64,000 nt of DNA from Spirochaetia bacterium (GTDB taxonomy: Bacteria > Spirochaetota > Spirochaetia > SZUA-6 > Bin103): contig OZ241907.1 in assembly GCA_965203515.1 (NCBI GenBank), forward strand, positions 2,976,001 through 3,040,000, written 5' to 3'. Shown one piece after another: positions 27,311 to 36,315 of the stretch (position 1 is the first letter of the stretch; each line of letters begins with the position of its first letter). The translations under genes and the position numbers were made by a program. The notes below the pieces were generated by a model that worked only from the letters and a program-made list of their open reading frames with translations, made no database searches and was not told where the DNA came from.

Positions 27311-29284
27311 GTGGTCCTGCCGTTCGTGCTGGCGTGCATCCACGTTCTGGTCTGCCGGTGGCCGGCGTCTTCCCAGGAACCGGCCGGCGATGCGCGCCCG
27401 AACGTCCTGATCATCATGGTCGACGACCTGGGGTATCGGGACGTCGGCTTTCACGGCGCGACCGAGATCGAGACCCCCCACCTCGACCGACTCGCGCGCG
27501 CAGGAGTCGTCTTCAGCAACGGTTACGTCGCGCACCCGGTCTGCTCCCCTTCACGCGCGGGCCTCATGACCGGCCGCTACCCGTCGCGGTTCGGCATGGA
27601 GATCAACCTGACCCACGCGCCCCACCACGAACACCACGGCCTGCCGTTGGAGGAACCGACCGTCGCCCGCTACCTCCGCGAGGCGGGCTACCGCACCGGC
27701 ATGGTGGGGAAATGGCACCTCGGCGCGGCGCCGGCGTTCCACCCGCTCAACCGCGGATTCGACTACTTCTACGGATTCACCGGCGGCGGGCACGATTACT
27801 TCCGCGTCGACGTCACCGAGTCTCCGCTCCGGGAATACCTGCTGCCGCTCAACGACGGCCGCGGCGCCTCCGGGTTCTCCGGCTACCTGACCGACGTCCT
27901 CACCGACCGGGCGATCGATTTCGTGGAGGTCGGCGGGGACGAGCCGTTCTTTCTCTACCTCTCCTACAACGCGCCGCACACCCCGCTGCAGGCGCCCGCC
28001 GAGACGGTACGCAAGTATCGCCACGTCGAGGACGAGAACCGGCGCAGCTATCTGGCGATGGTCGACTCGCTCGATCACAACATCGGCCGCCTCGTGACGG
28101 CGTTGCGGGAGACGGGACGCTGGGAAGAGACGCTGACGTTCTTCCTGAGCGACAACGGCGGCGTGTCCGGGGCGGAAGCGGACTGGGCGGACAATCGGCC
28201 GCTGCGGAACGGCAAGGGCAGCCTGTTCGAAGGCGGCATCCGGGTGCCCTTCGTCGCGTCATGGCCGACCCGCTGGCGCGGCGGAACGACCTTCGAGCCG
28301 ATGGTCATCAGCCTGGACGTCGCCGCCACGGCGCTGGCGCTGGCCGGCGCCGCGGCAGCCGCCGACCCGCCGCTCGACGGCGTGAATCTCGATCCCTTCA
28401 TACGGGGCGCAGCGCCCGGCGTTCCGCACGAGGCGCTGTTCTGGGCGACCGACCGGATCAAGGATGCGAACGTCGGATACGCGGTACGCACGGCCGACGC
28501 CAAGCTGGTCAAGGACCGCCTCGGGGCCGGGCCGGCGCTGTTCGATCTGCGCATCGACCCCGGAGAGACGCGCGATCGGCTTGCGGAGGACCCGGAGACG
28601 GTGGCGCGGCTCGCCGCCCTCTGGAACGACTGGAATGCGGGGAACTCCACCGACTTCTTCTTCTGGACCCAGCTATACGAAAGCTATCGGCACGAGATGC
28701 GGTGCCGAATGGAGCGGCACCTGCGCGCCAGCGGCGCGGGACAAGCGCCGCTGACGCTCACCGGCCCGGAGGCCGGCGAGCCGCTGACGCCGGTCCGCGC
28801 GGCAGCGGCGGCGCCGTCGCCGCCTGCGGGTCTTGCCGCCGCCGGCGGCGACGGGTCGATAGACCTTGCCTGGGACGATCCCGGCGACGCCAGCATCACC
28901 TTCTACGAGTTCCGGCTCATCGGTCCGCAAGGGCCTGACTGGAGCGCGTGGACGGTCGTCGACGTCTGCAGCTATGCCGCGACCGACCACACGTTGTTCG
29001 GCCTGACCAACGGCGTGACCTACCGGGTGCAGCTCCGCGCTCACAACGCCGCCGGCGCGAGCGAACCGAGCGAGACGTCGGCGGCGCCGCAGGCGCAGAG
29101 CGCGAACGACTCGGCCGGCGTGTCGGCGGCAAGCGCCCCGGGGCTGGCGCGGGCCGAAACCCCCTCGACCGGCGCGCCCTGGATACTCATGTGGGCGCTC
29201 ATCGGCGCGCTGCTCGCGTTGTTGGCGGTCAGCGCCGCGGCCACCCTGCGGCGGAGCGCCGCCCGCCGCCGGAGCGGCCGCTGA
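27311..29284 (+). CDS. Cys-type sulfatase with FN3 domain and C-terminal membrane anchor (start approximate)
   Basis: PNVLIIMVDDLG, CSPSRAGLMTGR, GKWHLG, SDNG, FN3 (LTNGVTYRVQLRAHNAAG), terminal TM and Arg tail. Confidence 0.9.
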   Translation: MVLPFVLACIHVLVCRWPASSQEPAGDARPNVLIIMVDDLGYRDVGFHGATEIETPHLDRLARAGVVFSNGYVAHPVCSPSRAGLMTGRYPSRFGMEINLTHAPHHEHHGLPLEEPTVARYLREAGYRTGMVGKWHLGAAPAFHPLNRGFDYFYGFTGGGHDYFRVDVTESPLREYLLPLNDGRGASGFSGYLTDVLTDRAIDFVEVGGDEPFFLYLSYNAPHTPLQAPAETVRKYRHVEDENRRSYLAMVDSLDHNIGRLVTALRETGRWEETLTFFLSDNGGVSGAEADWADNRPLRNGKGSLFEGGIRVPFVASWPTRWRGGTTFEPMVISLDVAATALALAGAAAAADPPLDGVNLDPFIRGAAPGVPHEALFWATDRIKDANVGYAVRTADAKLVKDRLGAGPALFDLRIDPGETRDRLAEDPETVARLAALWNDWNAGNSTDFFFWTQLYESYRHEMRCRMERHLRASGAGQAPLTLTGPEAGEPLTPVRAAAAAPSPPAGLAAAGGDGSIDLAWDDPGDASITFYEFRLIGPQGPDWSAWTVVDVCSYAATDHTLFGLTNGVTYRVQLRAHNAAGASEPSETSAAPQAQSANDSAGVSAASAPGLARAETPSTGAPWILMWALIGALLALLAVSAAATLRRSAARRRSGR

Positions 29285-29301
29285 AGAGCGAAGGCTCCCG
29301 C

Positions 29302-30789
29302 TTGCCTGAGCCGGCCGGGTTCTCCGCCCGGCTCAGGGACGGATGGACGCGCGACCGCCTGCTGCGTTCGTTCCTCACCCGGATCAGCGGCAGCGTGGTG
29401 AGCCAGGCCCTGCTGGTGGCCGCGACCCCGATCCTGACCCGGCTCTACGGACCCGCCGACTTCGGCGTGCAGGCGGCGTACACCGCCTTCGTCGCGGTCA
29501 TCAGCGTGATCGCCTGCCTGGGCTATCAGCACGCGATTCCCCTGCCTCGGCGCGACGGCGACGCGGCGCATCTGCTGCTGCTCTCCGGCTGCGCCGCGCT
29601 GGGCGTGTCGGCCGCCGCCGCGGCCGGCGTGGCGGTGTTCGCGGAACCGGTCACCGCGCTGCTGGAGACGCCGGCGCTGGCGGCGTACCTGTGGCTGCTG
29701 CCGCTCGGCGTGCTGGTCACTGCGGGCCTGCAGCTCGTCTACCAGGTCGCCGTGCGCCGCCGGGCGCTCGCCGGCCTGGCGCGCCTGGCGGTGATCCAGT
29801 CCGCGGCGGCCGCCGCCGCGCAGATCGGCGGCTCGCCGCTCGGACCGCTCGGCCTCATCGGCGGCCGGCTGGCGGGCCAGATCGCGGCGCTGGCGTCGAT
29901 CGTCCGGTTGCCGGCCGCACTGGTCGGCGGTCTGTCCGGCCCGATCCGGTTGCCGGAGCTGGCGCGGCTCGGGCGCCGCTACTGGCGGTTCCCGGCCTTC
30001 AGCGGGGCAGCCGCCATCGTCACCAAGCTGACCGAGCACCTGCCGGCGGTGCTGTTCCTGACGCTGTTCGGGCCGGCCGCCGCCGGGCTCTATGGGATCG
30101 CCCGCCGGGTGTGTCAGGCGCCCACGGCGCTGATCGCGTACTCGGTCTCCGACGTCCTCGGCTCGCAGGTCGGCACCGCGCATCGCGACGACGCCCTGGG
30201 CGCGCTGATCTACCGCGCGTACCGCCTCATGGCGGCGGTCGCCGCCCCGCCGCTGGCGGCCGTCGCCGCCGCCGGGCCGGAGCTGTTCGCCGTCGTGCTG
30301 GGAGCGGAGTGGCGGGCGGCCGGCGAGCTCGCCCGTTGGCTGACGCCGTTCATACTCCTGCAGGCGATCGCCGGTCCGCTGCACTACTGCTTTTCGGTGT
30401 TGCGGAAACAGGCGCTCTTCGCCTGCTATCAGGCCGCCGCGCTGGCCGCCTTGATCGCAGGGCTGCTGGCCGGAGCGCTCCTGGGCGATCAAACCGCCGC
30501 CGTGGCGGCGGCGGCGCTGCTCGCCGCCGTCTGCTACTTCCTGCTGACGTGGCACCTGTTCAGGATGACGCGCCTCACGCTCCGGCACGCGCTGACGCCA
30601 CTCGCGCAGCAGGCCCTGATCGGACTGCTGCTGGCGCTCCCGGCGGTCGCGGCCGCCGCGGCGAGCGACCGGGCCGGCGTGACGCTGGCCGGCGCCGGCG
30701 TCACCCTGCTGCTTGCGGGGCTGCGCTACGCGCAGCTCTTTCGGGCGCGCCGGCGCGATCCGCTGTCCGCACCCGCACCGGGCGCCTGA
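29302..30789 (+). CDS. Wzx-like oligosaccharide flippase (start approximate)
   Basis: PILTRLYGPADFG, multi-TM protein, LGAEWRAAG. Confidence 0.85.
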   Translation: MPEPAGFSARLRDGWTRDRLLRSFLTRISGSVVSQALLVAATPILTRLYGPADFGVQAAYTAFVAVISVIACLGYQHAIPLPRRDGDAAHLLLLSGCAALGVSAAAAAGVAVFAEPVTALLETPALAAYLWLLPLGVLVTAGLQLVYQVAVRRRALAGLARLAVIQSAAAAAAQIGGSPLGPLGLIGGRLAGQIAALASIVRLPAALVGGLSGPIRLPELARLGRRYWRFPAFSGAAAIVTKLTEHLPAVLFLTLFGPAAAGLYGIARRVCQAPTALIAYSVSDVLGSQVGTAHRDDALGALIYRAYRLMAAVAAPPLAAVAAAGPELFAVVLGAEWRAAGELARWLTPFILLQAIAGPLHYCFSVLRKQALFACYQAAALAALIAGLLAGALLGDQTAAVAAAALLAAVCYFLLTWHLFRMTRLTLRHALTPLAQQALIGLLLALPAVAAAAASDRAGVTLAGAGVTLLLAGLRYAQLFRARRRDPLSAPAPGA

Positions 30790-30798
30790 AACGGCCGA

Positions 30799-31278
30799 CT
30801 ACCGGCCGCCGTCGACCTGCCAGGGCCAGACGATGCAGGAGTCGACCCGGAACAGGACGTAGTCGGCGTAGCCCGCCACCACCAACGTGCGCACGGCGCC
30901 GACGCCGGCGTTCGCCAGAGCGCGCGCCGCGGCGCGCAGCGTGGCGCCGGTGCGCGCGACGTCGTCGACCAGCAGCACGCGCCGGCCCGCCACGTCGAAG
31001 CCGGGCGGGGTGACCTGCGGCGCCGCCCGCTCCGGCCGGTGCGCGTCGTCGCGAAAGCGGACCGCGATGACCTTCAGGTCGCACGACAGCCGCTGCGCGA
31101 CCAGCGCGGCGGGAATCACGCCGCCGCGGCCGATGCCGACGACCAGGTCGACCGCCGGCAGCTCCAGGGCGGCCAGCCGCCGGGTCAGTTCCGGAAAGCC
31201 GATCGCCGTAACGTCCCCGGCCGCCGCTCCACCCCCGGCCATCGCTCCACCCCCGGCCGCCGTTCCACCCCCGGTCAC
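30799..31278 (-). CDS. Type I phosphoribosyltransferase
   Basis: GIGRGGVIPA, VLLVDDVARTGATL, FRVDSCIVWPW. Confidence 0.88.
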   Translation of the reverse strand: MTGGGTAAGGGAMAGGGAAAGDVTAIGFPELTRRLAALELPAVDLVVGIGRGGVIPAALVAQRLSCDLKVIAVRFRDDAHRPERAAPQVTPPGFDVAGRRVLLVDDVARTGATLRAAARALANAGVGAVRTLVVAGYADYVLFRVDSCIVWPWQVDGGR

Positions 31279-31286
31279 CGCTCCAC
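31215..31286. repeat. 4 x 18-bp tandem repeat (consensus CCCCGGCCRYCGYTCCAC)
   Basis: Units start at 31215, 31233, 31251 and 31269. Confidence 0.9.
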
Positions 31287-31667
31287 CCGCACCCGCACGC
31301 GCCCGCCGGCGATCCGCGCCGGGTAGGAGCGCACGCGCGCGCCCGCCTCCGCGCCGGCGCCGGCGAACAGGGCGCGGCCATCGCGCAGTGCGAACGACCA
31401 CCCGTGCCACGGGCACTGCAGGACGCGCAGGTCGGTCTGCGCCCAACGCTCCTCCTCCCACCGCAGCCGGCAGGTCGAGACGACCCGGCCCGCCGACAAC
31501 GCCGCGCCCTGATGCGGGCAGGCGTCGCGCAGCGCGAACACCCGCTCGCCGTCCCGGATCAGCACCAGCCGCCGGCGCCCCACCCGGACCGCGACCGGCT
31601 CTCCCGGCGGGTAGCCGGTCACCGGGCCCAGGTCGTGTTCGCCCGGGTCGGCCGGCTCAGAACCCAT
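31275..31667 (-). CDS. Rieske [2Fe-2S] ferredoxin
   Basis: CPHQGA and CPWHGW. Confidence 0.92.
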   Translation of the reverse strand: MGSEPADPGEHDLGPVTGYPPGEPVAVRVGRRRLVLIRDGERVFALRDACPHQGAALSAGRVVSTCRLRWEEERWAQTDLRVLQCPWHGWSFALRDGRALFAGAGAEAGARVRSYPARIAGGRVRVRVER

Positions 31668-32766
31668 AGGTCGCTTGCGCATTGCCGGCCAGGATGCGGC
31701 GGCGCAACCCCTCCGGCAGCGTCTGCGGCAGCGCCCGGTCGGGCGAATCGAAGTCCCAGTGCGGGTAGTCGGTGGCGAACATGACGAAGCCGTCGTCGCC
31801 GATCATGTCGAACAGCCAGAGCAGGTGCCGGGGATCCGCCGGCTCCTCCATCGGCTGGCTGGTGGCCCGGAAGTGGCGCCGGACGTACCGGCTCGGCAGC
31901 TCGCGCAGCCACGGCACCTCGTCGCGCAGACCTCGGTAATTCTTGTCGAGCCGCCACATCAGCGGCGGCAACCAGCCGAAGCCGCCTTCGATCAGGATCA
32001 CGCGCGCCTCGGGCAGCTCGTCGAACACCCCTTCGCAGACCAGGCTCAGCACCTGCGCCTCGAACGCCTGCGACATGCTGGTATGGTCCTCGATGTAGAA
32101 CGACGGCCAGCCGCACGCCGTGATCGGGTTGGCCGGCGAGCCGCCGAAGTGGAGTCCGACCGGCAGCCCGGCCGCCGCGGCGGCGCGGAAGATCGGCCTG
32201 AACTGCGGCCGACCGTACGGCGCGCTGGAGCGGACCGGCAGCAGCACCTGCACGAACCGTTCGTCGCCGGCAAACTCCTCGATCACCGCCGGCGCACCGT
32301 CGGGATCCTCGGGATTGACGCACAGCGAGCCGCGCCAGCGGTCGTCCGTGTCGAGCCAGCGGTCCTGCAGCCAGCGGTTCAGCGCCGGAGTCAGCTCCCG
32401 CGCCAAGTGGTGGTTCTTGATGCCGCCCAGGGCGTACAGATTGTTGAGGATGGCGAGGTCGACCGACCACTCGTCGAGGAGCTGTCGGGCCGCGAAGGCG
32501 GGGTCGCCGCCCGGACGCCGGCCGGACGGCGGCCAGGCGTCGCGGCGCGACGCCAGCTCGAACACCTTGGGATAGACCGGCGGCGGCGGCCCCTGATAGG
32601 CGGTCTGCTCGATCCAGCTCCGCCACCGCCGCGGCAGATAGGGGGTCAGCTCGTGGATGTCGTTGACGTACGGATGGACGTCGCAGTCGATCAGGGTGAG
32701 CGCGCGCGGCGCGCCGGCCGGCGCGGCCGCGGGCCGGGCGAGCGGTTCTGCGGTCTGGGTAGCCAT
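31657..32766 (-). CDS. Amidohydrolase_2 family protein
   Basis: IDCDVH, LPVGLH, IEGGFGW, FATDYPHWDFD. Confidence 0.9.
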   Translation of the reverse strand: MATQTAEPLARPAAAPAGAPRALTLIDCDVHPYVNDIHELTPYLPRRWRSWIEQTAYQGPPPPVYPKVFELASRRDAWPPSGRRPGGDPAFAARQLLDEWSVDLAILNNLYALGGIKNHHLARELTPALNRWLQDRWLDTDDRWRGSLCVNPEDPDGAPAVIEEFAGDERFVQVLLPVRSSAPYGRPQFRPIFRAAAAAGLPVGLHFGGSPANPITACGWPSFYIEDHTSMSQAFEAQVLSLVCEGVFDELPEARVILIEGGFGWLPPLMWRLDKNYRGLRDEVPWLRELPSRYVRRHFRATSQPMEEPADPRHLLWLFDMIGDDGFVMFATDYPHWDFDSPDRALPQTLPEGLRRRILAGNAQATYGF

Positions 32767-32773
32767 GGGTCCT

Positions 32774-34348
32774 TCAATCCTGGTCGGCGCACCGGTCACG
32801 GCTGTCATCGCGGTAATGGCAGCCGACGCTGCGCGTGTTGTGACAGGCAGCGTACACGACCAGCAAGGCGGTCTGCACCGCGTTGCGCAGATTCAACAGC
32901 GGTTTGGAGACCGCGTAGCCGCGGTAGAAGTCATCCACCTGGGCGTGCAGCTCGCGCAGCATGTCCCGCGCGCGCTCGAGCCGCCGGCCGGTGCGGACCA
33001 GACCGACGTAGTTCCACATGGTCGCCTTGATCAGGTTGAGGTCCTGTCGGATCAGGTCCTCATCGGCCTGCACGCGGCGGCCCTCCCACGGCCGCACCTC
33101 CGGCGGCGCGAAGCGGCTGCCGGCACGTTCGGAGGCCGCCGCGGCCGCCGCCTCGCGCGCCATGGTCACGCACTCCAGCAGGGACGTGCTGGCCAGGCGG
33201 TTGGCGCCGTGGAAGCCGGTGCAGGCCGCCTCTCCCACCGCCGACAAGTTGACGATGTTGGTGCGGCCGTACAGGTCGGTGTGCAGGCCGCCGCACGAGT
33301 AATGAGCGGCCGGCACCACCGGGATCGGCTCGCGCGTGATGTCGACGCCGGCGTCGAGGCAGTGCCGGTAGATGGTCGGGAAGCGCTCCGTCACGTAGTC
33401 GGGCTGCAGACCGGAGAGATCGATGAATACGGAGGGCGCGCCGGTGCGGATCATCTCGAAGGTGATCGATCGGGCGATCACGTCGCGCGGCGCCAGCGAC
33501 CCGTCGGGATGATGATCCTCCATGAAGCGCCGGCCGGCGGCGTCGACCAGTTGCCCGCCCTCGCCGCGCACCGCCTCGCTGATCAGGAACGGCGCCGCGT
33601 CCTTTCTGACGAACACGGTCGGGTGGAACTGCACGTACTCCAGGTCGATCACCCGCGCGCCCACGCGGTAGCCCATCGCCACGCCGTGGCCGTACGCGCT
33701 CGGAACGTTGGTCGAGTGGAGATAGAGCTGACCCAGGCCGCCGGTCGCCACTACCGTCCTGGCGGCGGCGATCGCGTACACCTCGCCGGAGGCGACGTCG
33801 AGCACGTAGGCGCCGAAGCAGGTGAGCGGCTCGTACTTGTGCAGCGGGTCGGTCGAGCTGTGCGACAGCGTCAGGAGGTCGACGGCCACGGTGTGCTCGG
33901 CAAGGCGGATGCGCGGCGAGGCGGCGACCGCCCGGTGCAGGGCGGTCACGATCGCCTTGCCGGTCCGGTCCTTGGCGAACAGGATGCGCGCCGCGGAGTG
34001 AGCGGCCTCGCGCGTCATGCGCAGCTCGCCGCTGCGGCCGCGGTCGAACGGGACTTCGAGCTCTTCCACCAGCTCGCGCACCGCCGCTCCGCCCCGCTCG
34101 ACGATGAAGTCGACCGCGCGCGGATTGGCGGCGCCGGCGCTGGCGGTCATGACGTCGGCGCGCAACGACTGCGGGTCGACCGCCGGATCGACGATGCCGC
34201 CCTGCGCGCGCGCGCTGTTGCACTCGGCGGCGCTCGACTCGCTCGACAGCAGCATGCAGTCCAGGCCGGCCTTGGCCGCCTGGTACGCGTAGGCAGCGCC
34301 GGCCAAGCCGCTCCCGATCACCAGGCAATCGGTGCGGACCGTGCGCAT
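32774..34348 (-). CDS. nadB: L-aspartate oxidase
   Basis: IGSGLAG, SARAQGGI, TREAAHS, QFHPT, LISEAVRGEG, LAPRDV, PAAHY, HGANRLAS; clustered with nadA and nadC. Confidence 0.93.
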   Translation of the reverse strand: MRTVRTDCLVIGSGLAGAAYAYQAAKAGLDCMLLSSESSAAECNSARAQGGIVDPAVDPQSLRADVMTASAGAANPRAVDFIVERGGAAVRELVEELEVPFDRGRSGELRMTREAAHSAARILFAKDRTGKAIVTALHRAVAASPRIRLAEHTVAVDLLTLSHSSTDPLHKYEPLTCFGAYVLDVASGEVYAIAAARTVVATGGLGQLYLHSTNVPSAYGHGVAMGYRVGARVIDLEYVQFHPTVFVRKDAAPFLISEAVRGEGGQLVDAAGRRFMEDHHPDGSLAPRDVIARSITFEMIRTGAPSVFIDLSGLQPDYVTERFPTIYRHCLDAGVDITREPIPVVPAAHYSCGGLHTDLYGRTNIVNLSAVGEAACTGFHGANRLASTSLLECVTMAREAAAAAASERAGSRFAPPEVRPWEGRRVQADEDLIRQDLNLIKATMWNYVGLVRTGRRLERARDMLRELHAQVDDFYRGYAVSKPLLNLRNAVQTALLVVYAACHNTRSVGCHYRDDSRDRCADQD

Positions 34349-35187
34349 CAGTCCGCTTCCAGTTCCAGGCTCAGGTCGACCCGCCGCACCGCGCCGGTCA
34401 GCGCGCTGGTCGAGATCACGTCGACTCCCGCCTCGGCGTAGGCGCGCGCGTTGTCGAGCCGGATCGATCCGGACGCCTCGGTGACGGCGCGGCCGGCGAC
34501 CGCCTCCACGGCCGCGCGCACCTGGGCCGGCGACATGTTGTCGAGCAGGATCACCTCCGCCCCGGCGTCCAACGCCTCGGCGAGCTGCTCCATGGTCTCC
34601 ACCTCCACCTCGACGCGGGCCACGTGCGGCGCGCGCGCACGCACCCGCTGCACGGCGGCGCGGACGCCGCCGGCCGCGGCGAGGTGATTGTCCTTGATCA
34701 GGGCGCAGTCGGCGAGCGTGCTGCGGTGCGGCCGGCCGCCGCCGCAGCGCACGGCGTGCTTCTCCAACGCCCGCAGGCCGGGCGTGGTCTTGCGCGTGTC
34801 GCAGACGGCGGCGCCGGTGCCGGCGATGGCCGCGCAGAAGGCGCTGGTGACGGTGGCGACCCCCGACAGGTGCTGCAGGAAGTTGAGCGCCACCCGCTCG
34901 GCGGCCAGGATCGACCGCACGGCGCCGGTGACCAGCATGACCGGGCGCGGCGGCGTCACCGGTTCGCCGTCGGCGGCGACCTGCTCGATGGCCAGATCGG
35001 GGTCGACCGCCCGGAAGGCGTGCGCGGCGACCTGCGCGCCGCACAGGGTGAGGGGTTCCCGCGCCAGGATGCGCGCGCGGCCGCGCCGCGCGGCGCTGAC
35101 GACCGCCTCGGTGGTTATGTCCCCGTACGCCAGGTCTTCCCGAAGCGCCGCGGTGACGGCCGCCTCGACGATCGGGCGGCTGAGCAT
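34348..35187 (-). CDS. nadC: Nicotinate-nucleotide pyrophosphorylase (quinolinate phosphoribosyltransferase)
   Basis: ERVALN, DTRKTTPGLR, LIKDNH, EVEVE, LLDNM, EASG. Confidence 0.96.
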   Translation of the reverse strand: MLSRPIVEAAVTAALREDLAYGDITTEAVVSAARRGRARILAREPLTLCGAQVAAHAFRAVDPDLAIEQVAADGEPVTPPRPVMLVTGAVRSILAAERVALNFLQHLSGVATVTSAFCAAIAGTGAAVCDTRKTTPGLRALEKHAVRCGGGRPHRSTLADCALIKDNHLAAAGGVRAAVQRVRARAPHVARVEVEVETMEQLAEALDAGAEVILLDNMSPAQVRAAVEAVAGRAVTEASGSIRLDNARAYAEAGVDVISTSALTGAVRRVDLSLELEAD

Positions 35188-35198
35188 GCTGCCGGCGC

Positions 35199-36311
35199 TC
35201 AGGCGGCCAGCTCGAACATGCGGTCGATGCTCGCCTTGGCGGCGCGGGCGATCTGCGGATCGACCTCGATCACCTGATCCGGTTCGGGGTCGACCAGCAC
35301 GTCGCGAATCTTGGCCAGGCTGTTGAGCTTCATGTACGGGCACAGGCGGCAGGAGCCGATGAAGCGCAGGCCGGGATTCTCCGCCTCCAGTCGGCCGACC
35401 AGCCCGCATTCGGTAAGCATCATGAAGTAGGGGGCGTCGGTGTCCCGCACATGGTCGAGCATCGCCTGCGTGCTGCCCACGAAGTCGCTGGCCGCCGTCA
35501 CCTCCGGGGTGCATTCCGGATGGCTGATCACGTGCAGGCCGGGAAAGCGGGCGCGCTCGTGCGCGATTCCCTCGACGGTGAATTGATCGTGCACCAGGCA
35601 GGTGCCGGAGGAACTGACGACCTGCTTGTCGCTGCCGCGCGCGCGCAGGTCGCGCTGCAGGTTGGCGGCCATGATGCGGTCCGGGACGAACAGGATGCGC
35701 CGCTCCGGCAGGCGCTCCAGTATCTTGAGGGCGTTGCCGGAGGTGACGCACACGTCGCTTTCCGCCTTCACCTCCGCCGAGCTGTTGATATAGGTGACGA
35801 CCGCGGCGTCCGGATGCTCGGCCTTGAGCGCCCGCAGCTCCGCGGCGGTGAGGGAGTCGGCCAGCGAGCAGCCGGAGGCGATGTCCGGCACCAGCACGGT
35901 CGCGTGCGGCTTGAGGATCTTGGCGGTCTCCGCCATGAAGACCACGCCGGCGAAGACGATCACGTCCGCGTCGCTGTTGCGCGCCTCCAGGGCCAGCGCG
36001 TAGGAGTCGCTCTTGAAGTCGGCGACACCGTACACGATCTCCGCATCGACGTAGGAGTGCGCCAGCACGATCGCGTTGCGACGCTCCTTGAGGCGGTTGA
36101 TCTCACTCGTGAGCGGCGCGATCTCCCGGCAGTGCTCCAGGGTCCAGCGAGTCCCCGGCCGGCAGTCGACGTTCATCAGCACGGTGAACAGCCGTTCAGC
36201 CTCCCGTTCCACCGCGGCGGGGGACGCTTCTGCGGTGACCAGCGGACCAGCCGTGACCGTTGGACTGGCGGTCATCGGCCTAGACGTACTCATAACCGGA
36301 GCCGCTGTCAA
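35199..36311 (-). CDS. nadA: Quinolinate synthase A
   Basis: LAHSY, GVVFMAETAKIL, GCSLAD, YINS, TSGNA, CLVH, HPEC, CPYMK. Confidence 0.96.
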   Translation of the reverse strand: MTAAPVMSTSRPMTASPTVTAGPLVTAEASPAAVEREAERLFTVLMNVDCRPGTRWTLEHCREIAPLTSEINRLKERRNAIVLAHSYVDAEIVYGVADFKSDSYALALEARNSDADVIVFAGVVFMAETAKILKPHATVLVPDIASGCSLADSLTAAELRALKAEHPDAAVVTYINSSAEVKAESDVCVTSGNALKILERLPERRILFVPDRIMAANLQRDLRARGSDKQVVSSSGTCLVHDQFTVEGIAHERARFPGLHVISHPECTPEVTAASDFVGSTQAMLDHVRDTDAPYFMMLTECGLVGRLEAENPGLRFIGSCRLCPYMKLNSLAKIRDVLVDPEPDQVIEVDPQIARAAKASIDRMFELAA

Positions 36312-36315
36312 CGGT

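Noticed and set aside
32774..36311. nadABC as an NAD-restoring partner of the TIR island
   Set aside because: It lies more than 20 kb away with host-like composition and is an ordinary de novo pathway; there is no evidence of linkage.
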